In this document: positions 9,366 through 26,800 of the stretch, piece after piece
Layout: each line of letters begins with the position of its first letter
Position numbering within the stretch: position 1 is the stretch's first letter
Assembly (NCBI RefSeq): GCF_016717175.1
Contig: NZ_JADKFZ010000004.1
DNA from: Nannocystis sp.
GTDB lineage: Bacteria; Myxococcota_A; Polyangia; Nannocystales; Nannocystaceae
Length of the DNA stretch: 64,000 bases
Reading direction: 5' to 3' (one strand)
The notes under the pieces: model-generated
What the model saw: only the letters and a program-made list of their open reading frames with translations
Told to the model about the DNA's origin: nothing
Databases searched by the model: none
Translations under genes and position numbers: made by a program

Positions 9366-10979
9366 ATGAGAAACGCGCTCTCTGCTTCCTGTATTTTCAT
9401 CACCGCGTTCGCCACCGGGTGTGGCGACGACAAGGCCGGGGACGAGGCGGGCGGCACGACGGAGGCCGCGAGCACGAGCGGCGGTGAGGACCCGACGACC
9501 GGCGAGCCCTTCGTGCCGTTTCCGGCGCGCGGCGGGATCGTGATCACGGCGGTCGAGGCCAACCCGGGGGTGGCGGTGCCGATCGGGAAGGAGGGCGCGC
9601 CGGTCGGCGGCAAGGACCGCACCTCGTATATCCCGAAGGGCCGCGACACGCTGATCCGGGCCTTCGTCGACGTGCCCGACGATTGGACCCCGCGGCCGAT
9701 CGAGGCGCGCCTGATGCTGAGCGGCGGAGGCGTGGACCAGACGCTGCAACAGACAGTGACGATCAGCGAGGACTCGTTCGTGGGCGACCTGACCTCGACC
9801 TTTTACTTCGGCGTGCACGCGGACGTGATCGTGCCGGGGCTCAAGTACCAGATCGAGCTGTGGGAGGCGGCGCCGGGCCAGGAGGGGCTGCCCGAGGCGC
9901 CGACGCCGGTGGCGCTCAAGGACGGGCCGGGCCCGGTCGGGGTGGAGTCGGCCTTCACCGAGATGCGCGTGGTGTTGGTCCCGATCGACTACAGCTACGA
10001 GAGCTGCAACCAGAAGGTCGATGGCGAGGCGCAGCGCAAGGCCTTCGAGGACGCGCTGTTCCAGCAGAACGGCATCGCGTCGCTCGAGCTCGAGGTGCAC
10101 GCGCCGTACAAGGTCGACTACGACATGGTCAGCTTCGGCGGCCTGAGCCAGCTGGTCAACGAGATGAGTCAGCTGCGCACGGTCGAGGCGGCCGACGACA
10201 ACGTCTACTACTACGCGCTGTTCGACAGCTGCCACGGCTGCATCGGCGACGGCGGGATCCAGGGCGGGTGCACGGTCGGGCTCGCGGCCGACATCACCGG
10301 GCCCGATCCGGGCGACGCCCACTGGCGCGCCGCGGCCGGGCAGCTCATCGGGAACGCGGCCGAGACCTTCGTCCACGAGATCGGACACACGCAGGGGCGG
10401 CAGCACGTGTACTGCGCCGGCGCTGGCGTGCAGGCGCAGGGCACGGATCCGACTTATCCCCACGAGGACGGGCGCATCGGCGTGTGGGGCTTTGGCGTCC
10501 GCGACTACAAGCTGCGCCATCCGACGGCCAACTCGGACTACATGAGCTACTGCGGGCAGGTCTGGGTCTCGGACTGGCAGTGGAACGCGACATACAACCG
10601 CATCGTGACGCTGAGCCAGTGGGAGAAGTCGGGCGCGGGGCAACCGGCGGGCGCCGGTGGCGGCGTGCTCATCGCCGCGGTCGACCCCGACGGCAAGCAG
10701 ATGTGGTGGACCGGCCCCGGCGGGCTGAGCTCGTCGCGCGAGGCGAGCGCGACGCACTCGGTGATCTTCGAGTTCACGGACGGCGAGGTCGAGGCGCAGG
10801 CGCAGGTCAGCGTGCGCCCGCACTACGCGACCCGGAACATCGTCGCCGCGTTGCCGGCGGGCTTCGACGAGCGCGAGCTCGTGAGCGTGAAGCTGCGCGA
10901 CGAGCAGGGTGAGCGCCGCGTGGAGGCGGCGGCGATCCGTCGCCTCCACCACCCGGATCGCCTGCGAGACGCGCGCTAG
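9366..10979 (+). CDS. secreted lipoprotein zinc metalloprotease, metzincin family
   Basis: Lipoprotein signal (MRNALSASCIFITAFATGCGDD). Zinc-binding consensus HEIGHTQGRQH (HExxHxxGxxH). The 5' end is AT-richer than the surrounding DNA. Confidence 0.8.
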   Translation: MRNALSASCIFITAFATGCGDDKAGDEAGGTTEAASTSGGEDPTTGEPFVPFPARGGIVITAVEANPGVAVPIGKEGAPVGGKDRTSYIPKGRDTLIRAFVDVPDDWTPRPIEARLMLSGGGVDQTLQQTVTISEDSFVGDLTSTFYFGVHADVIVPGLKYQIELWEAAPGQEGLPEAPTPVALKDGPGPVGVESAFTEMRVVLVPIDYSYESCNQKVDGEAQRKAFEDALFQQNGIASLELEVHAPYKVDYDMVSFGGLSQLVNEMSQLRTVEAADDNVYYYALFDSCHGCIGDGGIQGGCTVGLAADITGPDPGDAHWRAAAGQLIGNAAETFVHEIGHTQGRQHVYCAGAGVQAQGTDPTYPHEDGRIGVWGFGVRDYKLRHPTANSDYMSYCGQVWVSDWQWNATYNRIVTLSQWEKSGAGQPAGAGGGVLIAAVDPDGKQMWWTGPGGLSSSREASATHSVIFEFTDGEVEAQAQVSVRPHYATRNIVAALPAGFDERELVSVKLRDEQGERRVEAAAIRRLHHPDRLRDAR

Positions 10980-11120
10980 GCGGCGATGTCCGCGAAGTCG
11001 CGGGATCTCCCCGGGGGCGGTCGCGGCTGCCCCGATCGGGCCCTGATCGGGCCCGTGTCGCCGTGCTAGGCAGCGCAGGCGACTTGGGATAGCCTCTAGG
11101 CCGGAGCTGGAGAAAGCCAG

Positions 11121-11552
11121 ATGCTCGACTTCCCGATCGCAGAGCTCATCACCCCCGAGGAGCAGGTGGCCGTCGCCCGTGCCGTGGCGATCATGGCCTC
11201 GCGCGACAACCAGGTCTCGGACAGCGAGAAGCACTTCGTCGAGGAGCTGATGGGCCAGATGATGCTGCTCCCCGAGGAGCGCGATCTGGTGCGTCGGGAG
11301 TTCTCTACGCCGAACGACTTGATGCAGGTCGCTCGCGCCGTGCAGCACCGCGAGGCTCGCCTCTTCCTCTTTTACCAGGCGGTCTGCGCGGCGCTCGCCG
11401 ACAACAAGCTTGTCGATGGCGAGATGGACGCGTTGCTGTCGCTCGCGGACGCCTTCAACTTCCAGACCGAGCACGCCAAGGGCTTCATCCGCTGGGTCCG
11501 CGACAGCCTCGAGCTGCGTGACCGCGGGCAACAGCTGCTCGTCGAGATGTGA
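11121..11552 (+). CDS. hypothetical protein, TerB-like helical domain
   Basis: 143-aa non-repetitive ORF. ASRDNQVSDSEKHFVEEL...ALADNKLVDGEMDALLSLADAFNF resembles TerB / tellurite-resistance-like domains. Confidence 0.5.
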   Translation: MLDFPIAELITPEEQVAVARAVAIMASRDNQVSDSEKHFVEELMGQMMLLPEERDLVRREFSTPNDLMQVARAVQHREARLFLFYQAVCAALADNKLVDGEMDALLSLADAFNFQTEHAKGFIRWVRDSLELRDRGQQLLVEM

Positions 11553-11717
11553 GCCGCGGGGATCGCTTCCTTGAGCGTTGCGAGGGGCTCGCGGCGCTGG
11601 GTTGTGCTCGCGTCGGCTCGGGCGATGGTGCGAGGCGCCGGGATCGGCCCGCAGGGCGGCGAGCGAGGTTTCCAGGGACTTGCGCTGGCGCGCGCAGGCC
11701 CGCATACTCCGCCGCCC

Positions 11718-12278
11718 ATGGCTCGCGTCACCGTCGAAGACTGCCTCGAGAGAATCCCCAATCGCTTCGCGCTCACCATCCTCGCGGCCCGGCGCGCGCG
11801 GGCCCTGCTCGAGAATCGCGGCACGCCGCTGATCGACTGCGAGAACAAGGGGGCCGTCACCGCGCTGCGGGAGATCGGGGCCGGGTCGGTGCGCTACAAC
11901 GAGGATGTCGCCGAGGTGATGACCGAGTTCATCGAGGAGCAGCGGCAGAAGCTCAAGCTCACCAGCAGCGACAACACCTTCCTCGAGGCCGCCGCCTTCA
12001 GCGTGATCGAGGGCGAGGAGGCCGATGAGGAGGGCGACGTGATCCCCGAGCTCTCGGCCGACTTCGAGAAGGTGGGCCTGGCCCCCGTCGAGACGACCGA
12101 CAGCGACGAGCCGGTCGACGTCGAGGACGCCGACACCGAGGAGGAGGCCCCGGCCGACGACGAGGAGGCCGACCTGGTCGCCGCCGCCGACATCGACGAC
12201 GAGGCCGCTGGTCTCGAGGATCTCGACGCTGGCCTCGAGGACGAGGTCGAGCCCGTAGAGGCCGAGGACGAGGAATAG
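11718..12278 (+). CDS. rpoZ: DNA-directed RNA polymerase subunit omega with a long acidic C-terminal tail
   Basis: [30 protein letters not shown] is the canonical RpoZ N-terminus. ATG is at 11718, and the C-terminal ~100 aa are D/E-rich. Confidence 0.85.
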   Translation: MARVTVEDCLERIPNRFALTILAARRARALLENRGTPLIDCENKGAVTALREIGAGSVRYNEDVAEVMTEFIEEQRQKLKLTSSDNTFLEAAAFSVIEGEEADEEGDVIPELSADFEKVGLAPVETTDSDEPVDVEDADTEEEAPADDEEADLVAAADIDDEAAGLEDLDAGLEDEVEPVEAEDEE

Positions 12279-12592
12279 TGGGCGCCAGGTCGCGCCGCCG
12301 CCTGGTCGGCGTGGCCGGCGGGCTGCTGTTGTGCGGGTGCGTCGACAAGGCGCCGCCGCCCCTGTGGCCCGCGCCGCCGCCCCCGGCGGTGGCCGAGTTG
12401 CTGGGTGATCCAGAGCAGCGGCCGTCGCCTCCTGGGGTCGCGGTGGTCGGGGCGTCTTCGCTGGCGGGGCCGCCGAGCAAGCTCGACCAGATGCCGGGCA
12501 GCAAGGCCAGTGTCCTCGAGCCCCCCAAGGCTCCGAGCGCGGGCCAGGGCGATCCGGCCACGTCGCCGCGACCGGTGCCGGGCCACCGCTAG
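12278..12592 (+). CDS. small putative lipoprotein (hypothetical)
   Basis: GTG start overlaps the rpoZ stop. LLLCGC lipobox, Pro-rich. Could be a spurious GC ORF. Confidence 0.3.
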   Translation: MGARSRRRLVGVAGGLLLCGCVDKAPPPLWPAPPPPAVAELLGDPEQRPSPPGVAVVGASSLAGPPSKLDQMPGSKASVLEPPKAPSAGQGDPATSPRPVPGHR

Positions 12593-12645
12593 CCGTGGTT
12601 TTGCCGCCGCGGTCGGCCGCGCCTGTGCTAAGGCGGGGTCGCGCC

Positions 12646-14166
<1,521 letters not shown>

Positions 14167-14181
14167 GCCAGCCGCCGGTGA

Positions 14182-15870
<1,689 letters not shown>

Positions 15871-16029
15871 GGCGCCCGCGGGCGCGGCGGTGGCGATGCC
15901 GCGCGGGACCGATCTCCGCGGCGCCACAAATCCCGCAAGTAACGCCGTACTGCCGGGCAAGCCAGGTGTTTGAGCCTTGGCCCGGTTGTTGCTGCTCTGG
16001 TACCGTGGTGGCTCAGCGAGGCGAGTTCC

Positions 16030-17493
<1,464 letters not shown>

Positions 17494-17511
17494 AGTCCCC
17501 TCACCAAGAAG

Positions 17512-18168
17512 GTGCCGCCGATGCAGACCCACTTCGTGTTTCGCCAGATGGAGTCCTCCAACGCCCTGCGGGGCTACGCAGAGGAGCGCCTGGAGAAGAT
17601 CAAGCGCTACTTCGCCGACCCGCTGCGGATCAGTTGCACGTTCAGCGTCGACAAGATCATGCACAGCGCCTCATTCGACGTCACGCTGCGCAACGGCCTC
17701 CAGCTCCACGCCTCGGAGGCGACGGAGAACATGTACTCCTCCGTCGACATGGCCCTGGCGAAGATGGAGCGGCAGGTCCGGCGCTACAAGGCCCGGATCA
17801 AGCACCACAAGGCTGATGAAGGCCGCACCGCCAAGGTCAAGCTCGGGGTCATCGCCGCCGAGAGCGTGACCGACCGGCACATCGAGGAGGACGAGGCCCA
17901 CCTCCCCGCCGCGAACAACCACGCGGCCACCCACGAGTCCGCCGCGCCGCCCGAGAGCTCGCCGCACATCATCCGCCAGAGCGAGTTCCACGCCGAGCGC
18001 ATGACGGTCCACGCCGCGATCATGCAGATGAACCTGCTGCACAAGCAGTTCTACGTGTTCACCAACGCCGCCAGCGGCAGCATCACGATCGTCTACGCGC
18101 TCGAGGACGGCAACTTCGGCCTCATCGAGCCGCAGCCCGAGGGCCAACAGGGCCAACAGGGCCAATAG
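17512..18168 (+). CDS. hpf: ribosome hibernation promoting factor (long form; sigma-54 modulation protein)
   Basis: The N-terminal domain (MQTHFVFRQMESSNALRGYAEERLEKIKRYF) plus a C-terminal dimerisation domain. It lies immediately downstream of rpoN, as in the conserved locus. Confidence 0.85.
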   Translation: MPPMQTHFVFRQMESSNALRGYAEERLEKIKRYFADPLRISCTFSVDKIMHSASFDVTLRNGLQLHASEATENMYSSVDMALAKMERQVRRYKARIKHHKADEGRTAKVKLGVIAAESVTDRHIEEDEAHLPAANNHAATHESAAPPESSPHIIRQSEFHAERMTVHAAIMQMNLLHKQFYVFTNAASGSITIVYALEDGNFGLIEPQPEGQQGQQGQ

Positions 18169-18305
18169 AGGCCAATACGGCAGGTGCCGCGGCAGGCGCC
18201 ACGGACGGGCCAGTCGACGCGTGGTAGGACCAGGCCCGTCGCAGCGGGCGCAGCGGACGCGCGCAGGAGCTTCGATGCGGGGCCCCGGCGTGTCCGCCTG
18301 CTGGT

Positions 18306-19364
18306 ATGCTCGCGACGATGCGCCGTGAAGCCTCCATCGAGGTCAGCCGATTGCTCGAGGCCTCGTCGGAGACCTTGCACCTCACGCTCCTGTCGGACTG
18401 GGGCTCGCTCGACCGCAAGATCGCCCACATGCGGATCCAGAAGCCGGGCCTCGCCCTGTCCGGCTTCGTCAAGCACGTCTACCCCGACCGCATGCAGATC
18501 CTCGGTCTCACCGAGATCGACTATCTGTTGTCGACCCCGCGCGAGGTCGTCGACGCCGGCCTCGAGGCTTATTTACAGCGGCCGATCTGCGCTCTGGCGA
18601 TCACCCGCGGGCTCGACCCGCCGGACTTCCTGATGGACGCGGCGCGCCGCCACGGCGTGCCGGTGCTGCGCACCTCGCTGATGAGCTCCACCTTCATCTC
18701 GCGACTGGTGCGCAGGCTCGAGGAGCTGCTCTCGCCGCGGGCCACGCTGCACGGGGTGCTCATCGACGTGCTCGGCGTCGGCCTGCTGCTCATCGGCCGC
18801 AGCGGGGTCGGCAAGAGCGAGGCGGCGCTCGACCTCATCCTCAAGGGCCATCGCCTGGTCGCCGACGACATCGTCGAGGTCACGGTGCGCGCGCCCGACA
18901 CGGTGTGGGGCTCGGCGCTGGAGATGCACCAGCACCACATGGAGATCCGCGGGATGGGCATCCTCAACATCACCCACCTGTTCGGGGTCGCCGCGGTCCG
19001 CGACAACAAGAAGATCGAGGTCGTCGTCGAGCTCAGCGAGATCCAGGAGGACGACTACGATCGCCTCGGCACCGAGCAGCAGGTGTGGCCGATCCTCGGC
19101 GTCGACGTGCCGCTGGCCCGCATCCCGCTGCGGCCCGGTCGCAACATCGCCTCCTTGATCGAGGTGGTCGCGCGCAACCAGCTGCTCAAGTACCGCGGCC
19201 ACGACAGCGCCCGCGAGTTCCAGGAGAAGATCAACGCCCGCATCGCCGCCAGCGCCCGTGGCGTGGCGATCCGCGGCACTGGCACGATCCCCCCGCGGGC
19301 CGACGTCCCGGTCGCCCAGCCGCGCCAGAACTCGCAGGCGATGCCGATCCCGGAGGTTGAGTAG
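18306..19364 (+). CDS. hprK: HPr kinase/phosphorylase
   Basis: GVLIDVLGVGLLLIGRSGVGKSEAALDLILKGHRLVADD is a P-loop, and the HprK C-terminal domain is present. Confidence 0.85.
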   Translation: MLATMRREASIEVSRLLEASSETLHLTLLSDWGSLDRKIAHMRIQKPGLALSGFVKHVYPDRMQILGLTEIDYLLSTPREVVDAGLEAYLQRPICALAITRGLDPPDFLMDAARRHGVPVLRTSLMSSTFISRLVRRLEELLSPRATLHGVLIDVLGVGLLLIGRSGVGKSEAALDLILKGHRLVADDIVEVTVRAPDTVWGSALEMHQHHMEIRGMGILNITHLFGVAAVRDNKKIEVVVELSEIQEDDYDRLGTEQQVWPILGVDVPLARIPLRPGRNIASLIEVVARNQLLKYRGHDSAREFQEKINARIAASARGVAIRGTGTIPPRADVPVAQPRQNSQAMPIPEVE

Positions 19365-19365
19365 G

Positions 19366-20304
19366 GTGGAGCTTCTGGTCGTCACGGGCATGAGCGGCGC
19401 CGGCAAGTCGACCGCCCTCGCGGCGCTCGAGGACCTCGGATTTTACTGCGCCGACAACGTGCCCGTGCCGCTGCTGCCGCAGCTCGCCCAGCTGCTCGCG
19501 CAGACCGACGCCGAGCGGCGCACCGCGGTCGGCGTCGACGCCCGCGAGGACTCGCTGCTGCGCCACTTCTCCGGCGTCCACCAGCAGCTGCTCGCCGCTG
19601 GCCACCGCGTCGAGATCCTGTTCCTCGACGCGCCCGACGACGTCCTGCTGCGCCGCTACTCCGAGACCCGGCGCAAGCACCCGATGGGCGAGCTGCCGGC
19701 CGCGATCCAGCGCGAGCGCGAGCTGATGACGGCCTTCCGCGCGCGCACCACCGCCACGATCGACACCGGCACCCTCCGCGCCCGCGAGCTGCGGCACATG
19801 ATCCGCGACCGCTACGGCAGCGACGGCGGCCTGCTGCACCTGGTCCTGATGTCCTTCGGCTTCAAGTCGGGCATCCCGAGCGTCGCCGACATCGTCTTCG
19901 ATCTCCGCTTCCTGCAAAACCCCTACGACGTGCCCGAGCTGCGCCCCCGCACCGGCCTCGACGCCCCGGTCGCCCGCTACGTGCTGGATCAGCCCGACGC
20001 CCAGACCCTGCTGGATCACCTCGAGGCCCTGCTGCGCTTCGTCGTGCCGCGCAGCGTGCGCGAGGGCCGCTCCCATCTGACCGTTGCGCTCGGCTGCACC
20101 GGCGGGCAGCATCGTTCGGTGGCGATGATCCAAGCCCTCGCCGATCGCCTGCAGTCGCCGGCTGGTGGTGAGCCGCTGACCCGGCCGCCGCCGCGGATCG
20201 TGGTGCGCCACCGTGAGCTGTCCGCGGAGACGGGCAGCGATCACGCGGGCGAGCCGACGGGCGAGGGGAGGGCAGGGTATGGAGGAGTCACAGACCGTGG
20301 CTGA
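19366..20304 (+). CDS. rapZ: RNase adapter protein RapZ (YhbJ-type P-loop NTPase)
   Basis: GTG start 2 nt after the hprK stop. LLVVTGMSGAGKSTALAALEDLGFYCADNVP is the RapZ N-terminus. Confidence 0.85.
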   Translation: MELLVVTGMSGAGKSTALAALEDLGFYCADNVPVPLLPQLAQLLAQTDAERRTAVGVDAREDSLLRHFSGVHQQLLAAGHRVEILFLDAPDDVLLRRYSETRRKHPMGELPAAIQRERELMTAFRARTTATIDTGTLRARELRHMIRDRYGSDGGLLHLVLMSFGFKSGIPSVADIVFDLRFLQNPYDVPELRPRTGLDAPVARYVLDQPDAQTLLDHLEALLRFVVPRSVREGRSHLTVALGCTGGQHRSVAMIQALADRLQSPAGGEPLTRPPPRIVVRHRELSAETGSDHAGEPTGEGRAGYGGVTDRG

Positions 20305-20755
20305 TGCGTCTCAGGGGGTGACCGTCGGGGTGGTGCTGGTCGGGCACGGGCGCAGCGCCAGCGCGCTGCTCGGCGCGGCCGAGGGCATCGTCGGCGACGC
20401 GCTCACCGGGGTCGTCGCGGTCGACGCGGGCGCGGGCGAGGACGCCGACCTGCGCACCCGTATGTGCGCCGCCGTCGTGGCCGCCGACCACGGCGCCGGC
20501 GTGCTGCTGATCGCCGACATGTTCGGCGCGAGCCCCTGCGCCTGCGGGATCCGCATGGCCGAGGGCCACCCGCTCGCGGTCCTGGCCGGCTTCAACCTGG
20601 CGATGCTGCTCAAATTGGCCACCCTCGACCGCCGCACGCACACGCCCGCCGAGCTCGCTGAGGCCTGCGGCGCCTCGGCCCGCCGGGCGATCACCGTGAC
20701 CTCCCCGAAGCCTCCGCAACCCCCCCAGCACGCTGCAAGCAAGGAGCCCGCATGA
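20279..20755 (+). CDS. PTS EIIA component, mannose/fructose family (regulatory PTS)
   Basis: VGVVLVGHGRSASALLGAAEGIV... is an EIIA-Man fold. It lies between rapZ and ptsH, and no EIIC/EIID permease is present. Confidence 0.75.
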   Translation: MEESQTVADASQGVTVGVVLVGHGRSASALLGAAEGIVGDALTGVVAVDAGAGEDADLRTRMCAAVVAADHGAGVLLIADMFGASPCACGIRMAEGHPLAVLAGFNLAMLLKLATLDRRTHTPAELAEACGASARRAITVTSPKPPQPPQHAASKEPA

Positions 20756-21026
20756 GCAAGCCGCGGATGAACGGCGAATTTGAGATCGTCAACCCGCTCG
20801 GACTGCACGCCCGCGCGGCCAGCAAGTTCGCGTCCATGGCCAACAAGTACAAGGCCGACGTGTGGATCTCGAAGGACGGCACCGAGGTCAACGCCAAGAG
20901 CATCCTCGGCGTGCTCATGCTGGCCTGCTCGCAGGGCAGCACGATCGGCCTGCGCTGCGAGGGCGTCGACGCCGACAAGGCCTACGACGCCCTCTCGAAG
21001 CTCATCTCCAGCGGGTTCGGCGAGCT

Positions 21027-21030
<4 letters not shown>
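20752..21030 (+). CDS. ptsH: phosphocarrier protein HPr
   Basis: 92 aa, with IVNPLGLHARAASKF carrying the active-site His region. Confidence 0.85.
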
Positions 21031-22963
<1,933 letters not shown>

Positions 22964-22967
<4 letters not shown>

Positions 22968-23872
22968 GGGATCCGGGCTTCTCGCTCAGCCTCCGGGACG
23001 CCTCGCGCCTGGTCGAGCTCTCCTTCGGCCGCGTCTTCCTCCGCGACCACGGCCCGGCCGCCCCCGCCGCGCCCGGTGGGCCGCCGGTGCTGCTGTTGCA
23101 CGGCCTGCTGGTGACCAGCCACAGCTTCACCCGCCTGATCCCCGAGCTCGCCAGCGACCACCGCGTGCTCGCGCCGGACCTGCCTGGCTGCGGCGACAGC
23201 GACCGCCCGCCGCCGGTGCTGTGCGCCGACTACAGCCCGCGCTGGCTGGCCGCCGCGCTGCAGGAGCTGCTCGATCGCCTCGGGCTCGCGCAGGTCGACC
23301 TCGTCGGTCACTCGTGGGGCGGGGCGATCGCCGTCTGCCTCGCCGACGCCGCGCCCGCGCGGGTGCGTCGCCTGGTCCTCGTCGACCCGACCCTGTTCGC
23401 CATGCCGGTGCCGATCGAGGGCCGCCTGGCGACGGTGCCCCGCATCGGCCCTTACATGTTTCACAACATGTACCGCCGCAACGAGCTGCGCCGCTACCTC
23501 GGCCGCGCCTTCTCCAGCGAGCGGCTGGTCGACGAGGCCGACGTCGACATCTACTGGGACCGGCTCGCGCGCAGCGGCGGGCGCGAGGCGGCCCACGCGA
23601 TGCTCATGCAGCTGCTCGGCGCCGACACCATGGCGGGCATGCTGCCGCGGATGCGCGCGTTGACTGCTCCGACGCTGGTCGTGTGGGGTGACCGCGACGG
23701 CATCGTCCCGCGCGAGCACGCCGATCGCGTCGCTGCCGCGATCCCCGGGGCGACGCTGCGGTGGCTCGAGGGCTGCGGCCACACGCCGCCCGAGGAGCAG
23801 CCCGAGGCCCTCGCCGCGCTGCTGCGCCAGCACCTGGACGGCGCTGGCGTGGGCGCCTCCGCCCATCCCTGA
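22964..23872 (+). CDS. alpha/beta-fold hydrolase
   Basis: Nucleophile elbow GHSWGG, HGLLVTSHSF, and a C-terminal His (GCGHTPPEE). GTG start. The stop is 14 nt before the next gene. Confidence 0.8.
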
Positions 23873-23886
23873 TACCCTCGCTCGCG

Positions 23887-26800
23887 GTGCGTCTCGCCCG
23901 ACCGACGTCGCCTCGCCGGGCCCGGCCAACGCCGCGCTGGCTGTGGCTGTGCTCGGCGCTGTGGCTGCTGCTCTGCTGCCTGTCCCCGGGGACAGCCGCC
24001 GCCAACAGCCGCGACCTGAAGTGGAAGACGCTGACCACCGAGCACTTCCAGATCCACTACTACGCCGGCGCCGAGGCGGCCGCGGATCGGGCCGCGATGG
24101 TGCTCGAGCGGGCCCACGCGCGCCTCAGCGTCGGCCTCGGCCACAGCCCGAGGATCCGTACCCACGTCGTGATGACCGACGCCACCGACTCGGCCAACGG
24201 CCGGGCCACCGTGTTCAGCTTCCCGCGCATCGACGCCAACGTCACAGCCCCCGACTCGCTGTCCGTGCTCGAGAGCTACGACGACTGGCTCGACGCCCTG
24301 CTCAGCCACGAGTACACGCACATCGTCCACAACGACACGATCCACGGGCTGCCGCGGGTGCTCAACACGATCCTCGGCTTCGGCGTGATCGGCCGGGTCT
24401 GGCCGCCGAACGGCCTCCAGCCGCGCTGGGTGCTCGAGGGCCTGGCGACCTACGAGGAGTCGCGCCTGACCAGCCAGGGCCGCCACCGATCGACGCAGTT
24501 CGACATGATGCTGCGCATGGCCGTGCTCGAGCAGGGCTTCCCGACGCTCGACCGCATCTCCGCGCCGGCCACGATCTTCCCGCAGACGACCACCGTCTAC
24601 CTCTACGGCCTGCACTTGATCCACTACCTCGGCACCCGCTACGGCCACGACAAGCTGCGCGAGCTCAGCCACCGCTACGGCGGCCGGGCGATCCCCTACA
24701 GCCTGAACCGCACCGTGCAGGAGGTCTATGGCGTCGACTTCCAGCAGCTCTGGCAGGACTTCCAGCTCGACATCACCCGGCGCTTCGAGGCCCAGGCGCG
24801 GGCGATCCGCGGGCGAGGGATCCGCGAGGGTCGACGCCTCACCTTCTCCACCGCCAGCGAGGCCTCGAGCTTCAGCCGCCACCCGACCTGGTCGCCCGAC
24901 GATCAGTACCTCTACTTCTACGAGGACGACGGCCACAGCAACCCTGGCGTGCGCCGGATCGCCGCGCGCGGCGGACAGATCCGCGAGGGCATCGGCGTCG
25001 GTCGCCAGGGCATGACCCGCGGCATCGAGCGCGTCATCGAGGCCCAGGGTTCGTGCACGCCGAACCTCGTGCCGGGCTCCGGCGGCGACATCGTGTTCGA
25101 GCAGGGCAACCTGCACGACCTCCGCTACAGCTGGAACGAGCTGTTCCTGTGGCACCCCGCCGACCCCGACGCCCAGGCCGCCCGTCAGAGCCCGGGCGAG
25201 CTCATCCAGCTGACCTCCGGCCTGCGGGCGCGCGACCCCCACGTCAGCCCCGACGGCCGCAGCGTCGTGTTCATCCGCAACGACATCGCCCAGTCGCGGC
25301 TCGCCTTCCTCGATCTCCCGACCCGCGAGGTCCGCGAGCTGGCCCCGGCTGGCCGCGTCGAGCAGCTGTACAGCCCGCGCTTCTCGCCGGACAGCCGCAG
25401 GGTCGCCTTCTCGGCGCACCGCGACGGCTATCGCGACATCTACATCCACGATCGTGACACCGGCGCCCGCGAGCGGGTCACCGCCGACCGCTTCCTCGAC
25501 ATGTCGCCGACCTGGACCCCCGACGGCCGTTACCTGCTGTTCGCCAGCGACCGCGACGATGTCTTCAACATCTACGCCTATGACCTCGAGGCCGGCCGGG
25601 TGCAGCAGGTGACCAACGTGATCGGCGGCGCCTTCGACCCGGTGGTCAGCAACGACGGCCAGCGCCTGGCCTACGTCGGCTTCTCCTCCACCGGCTACGA
25701 CCTGTGGGTGATGAAGCTCGACCCGGCCGAGTTCTTCACGCCGCTGCCGATCTCCGAGGACCTGCCGCAGGCCGACGACCCGACCCCCGAGTTGCCGGCC
25801 CTGCACCGCCGGGCGCCCTCGCTGCGCGCCCGTCGCTACCAGCCGATCCGCACCTTCTTCCCGCGGGTCTTGCTGCCGGCCTCGTTCGACTTCGGCAACA
25901 GCGGTCAGGGCGTCGACCTCGGCCTCAAGCTCGACATCGCCGACGTCGTCGGCTTCCACAGCCTGAGCGCCAGCTTCCGCGACTACCTCCGCTACCGCGA
26001 GCCGGTCGGCGCCGTGAGCTACAGCTACAGCCAGCTGCTCCCGACCTTCAGCCTCGCCTTCGTCCGCGACCTGAGGGTCTACGACGACCGCGGTGTCCGC
26101 TACAACTACGACCACGCGTCGCGCGACGGCGTCTTCGAGCCCTACCTGCTCACCGGCTACCGCGAGCGCCAGACGGTGGTGCGCGCCTCGGTGTCGGTGC
26201 CGATCGTCCGCCACGCGATCCACAGCGCCAGCGCAGCCGCGACCTACGAGTTCTCGCGGCTGCGCGACCTCAACGAGGATCGCGAGGCGATCGACCCCAA
26301 CGCGCCGACCTCGGTGCCGCCCGCGGTCGGCGATGTCGGCAGCCTGAGCCTGTCGCTGCGCTACGACAACCTGCGCAGCGTCACCTACGGCTACGCCAGC
26401 GAGACCGGCCGCCACGCCGCGTTCAACCTGTCGATCGTCGACCGTCACCTCGGCGGCCAGTACGGCGACATCAAGGCGTCGGCGAGCTACGGCGAGCGGA
26501 TCCGCATGCCCTGGCGCGGTCATCAGGTGCTCGCGCTGCGCCTCGGCGGCGGCGCCTCGGCCGGCGGCCTCGGTCGCCTCGGGGCCTTCCGCCTCTATGG
26601 CACGCCGCTGCCGAACCGCGTGATCCAGGACTTCCTGCTGCGCAGCCCCTTCGCCGAGGCCGGCACGCTCCGCGGCTTCGTCCCCGCGGGCACCGCGGGC
26701 GCCTACTACCTCGTGCTCAACGTCGACTACCGGATCCCGCTCGCCGACGTCGAGCGCGGCATGGGCTCGCTGCCGCTGTTCATGCGCCGCGTCACCGCGA

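Noticed and set aside
17512-18168. C-terminal GQQGQQGQ tandem (ggccaacag x3) of hpf, considered as a member of the repeat family.
   Set aside because: It is an unrelated short trinucleotide-type repeat at a protein C-terminus and does not carry the GGACAG motif.
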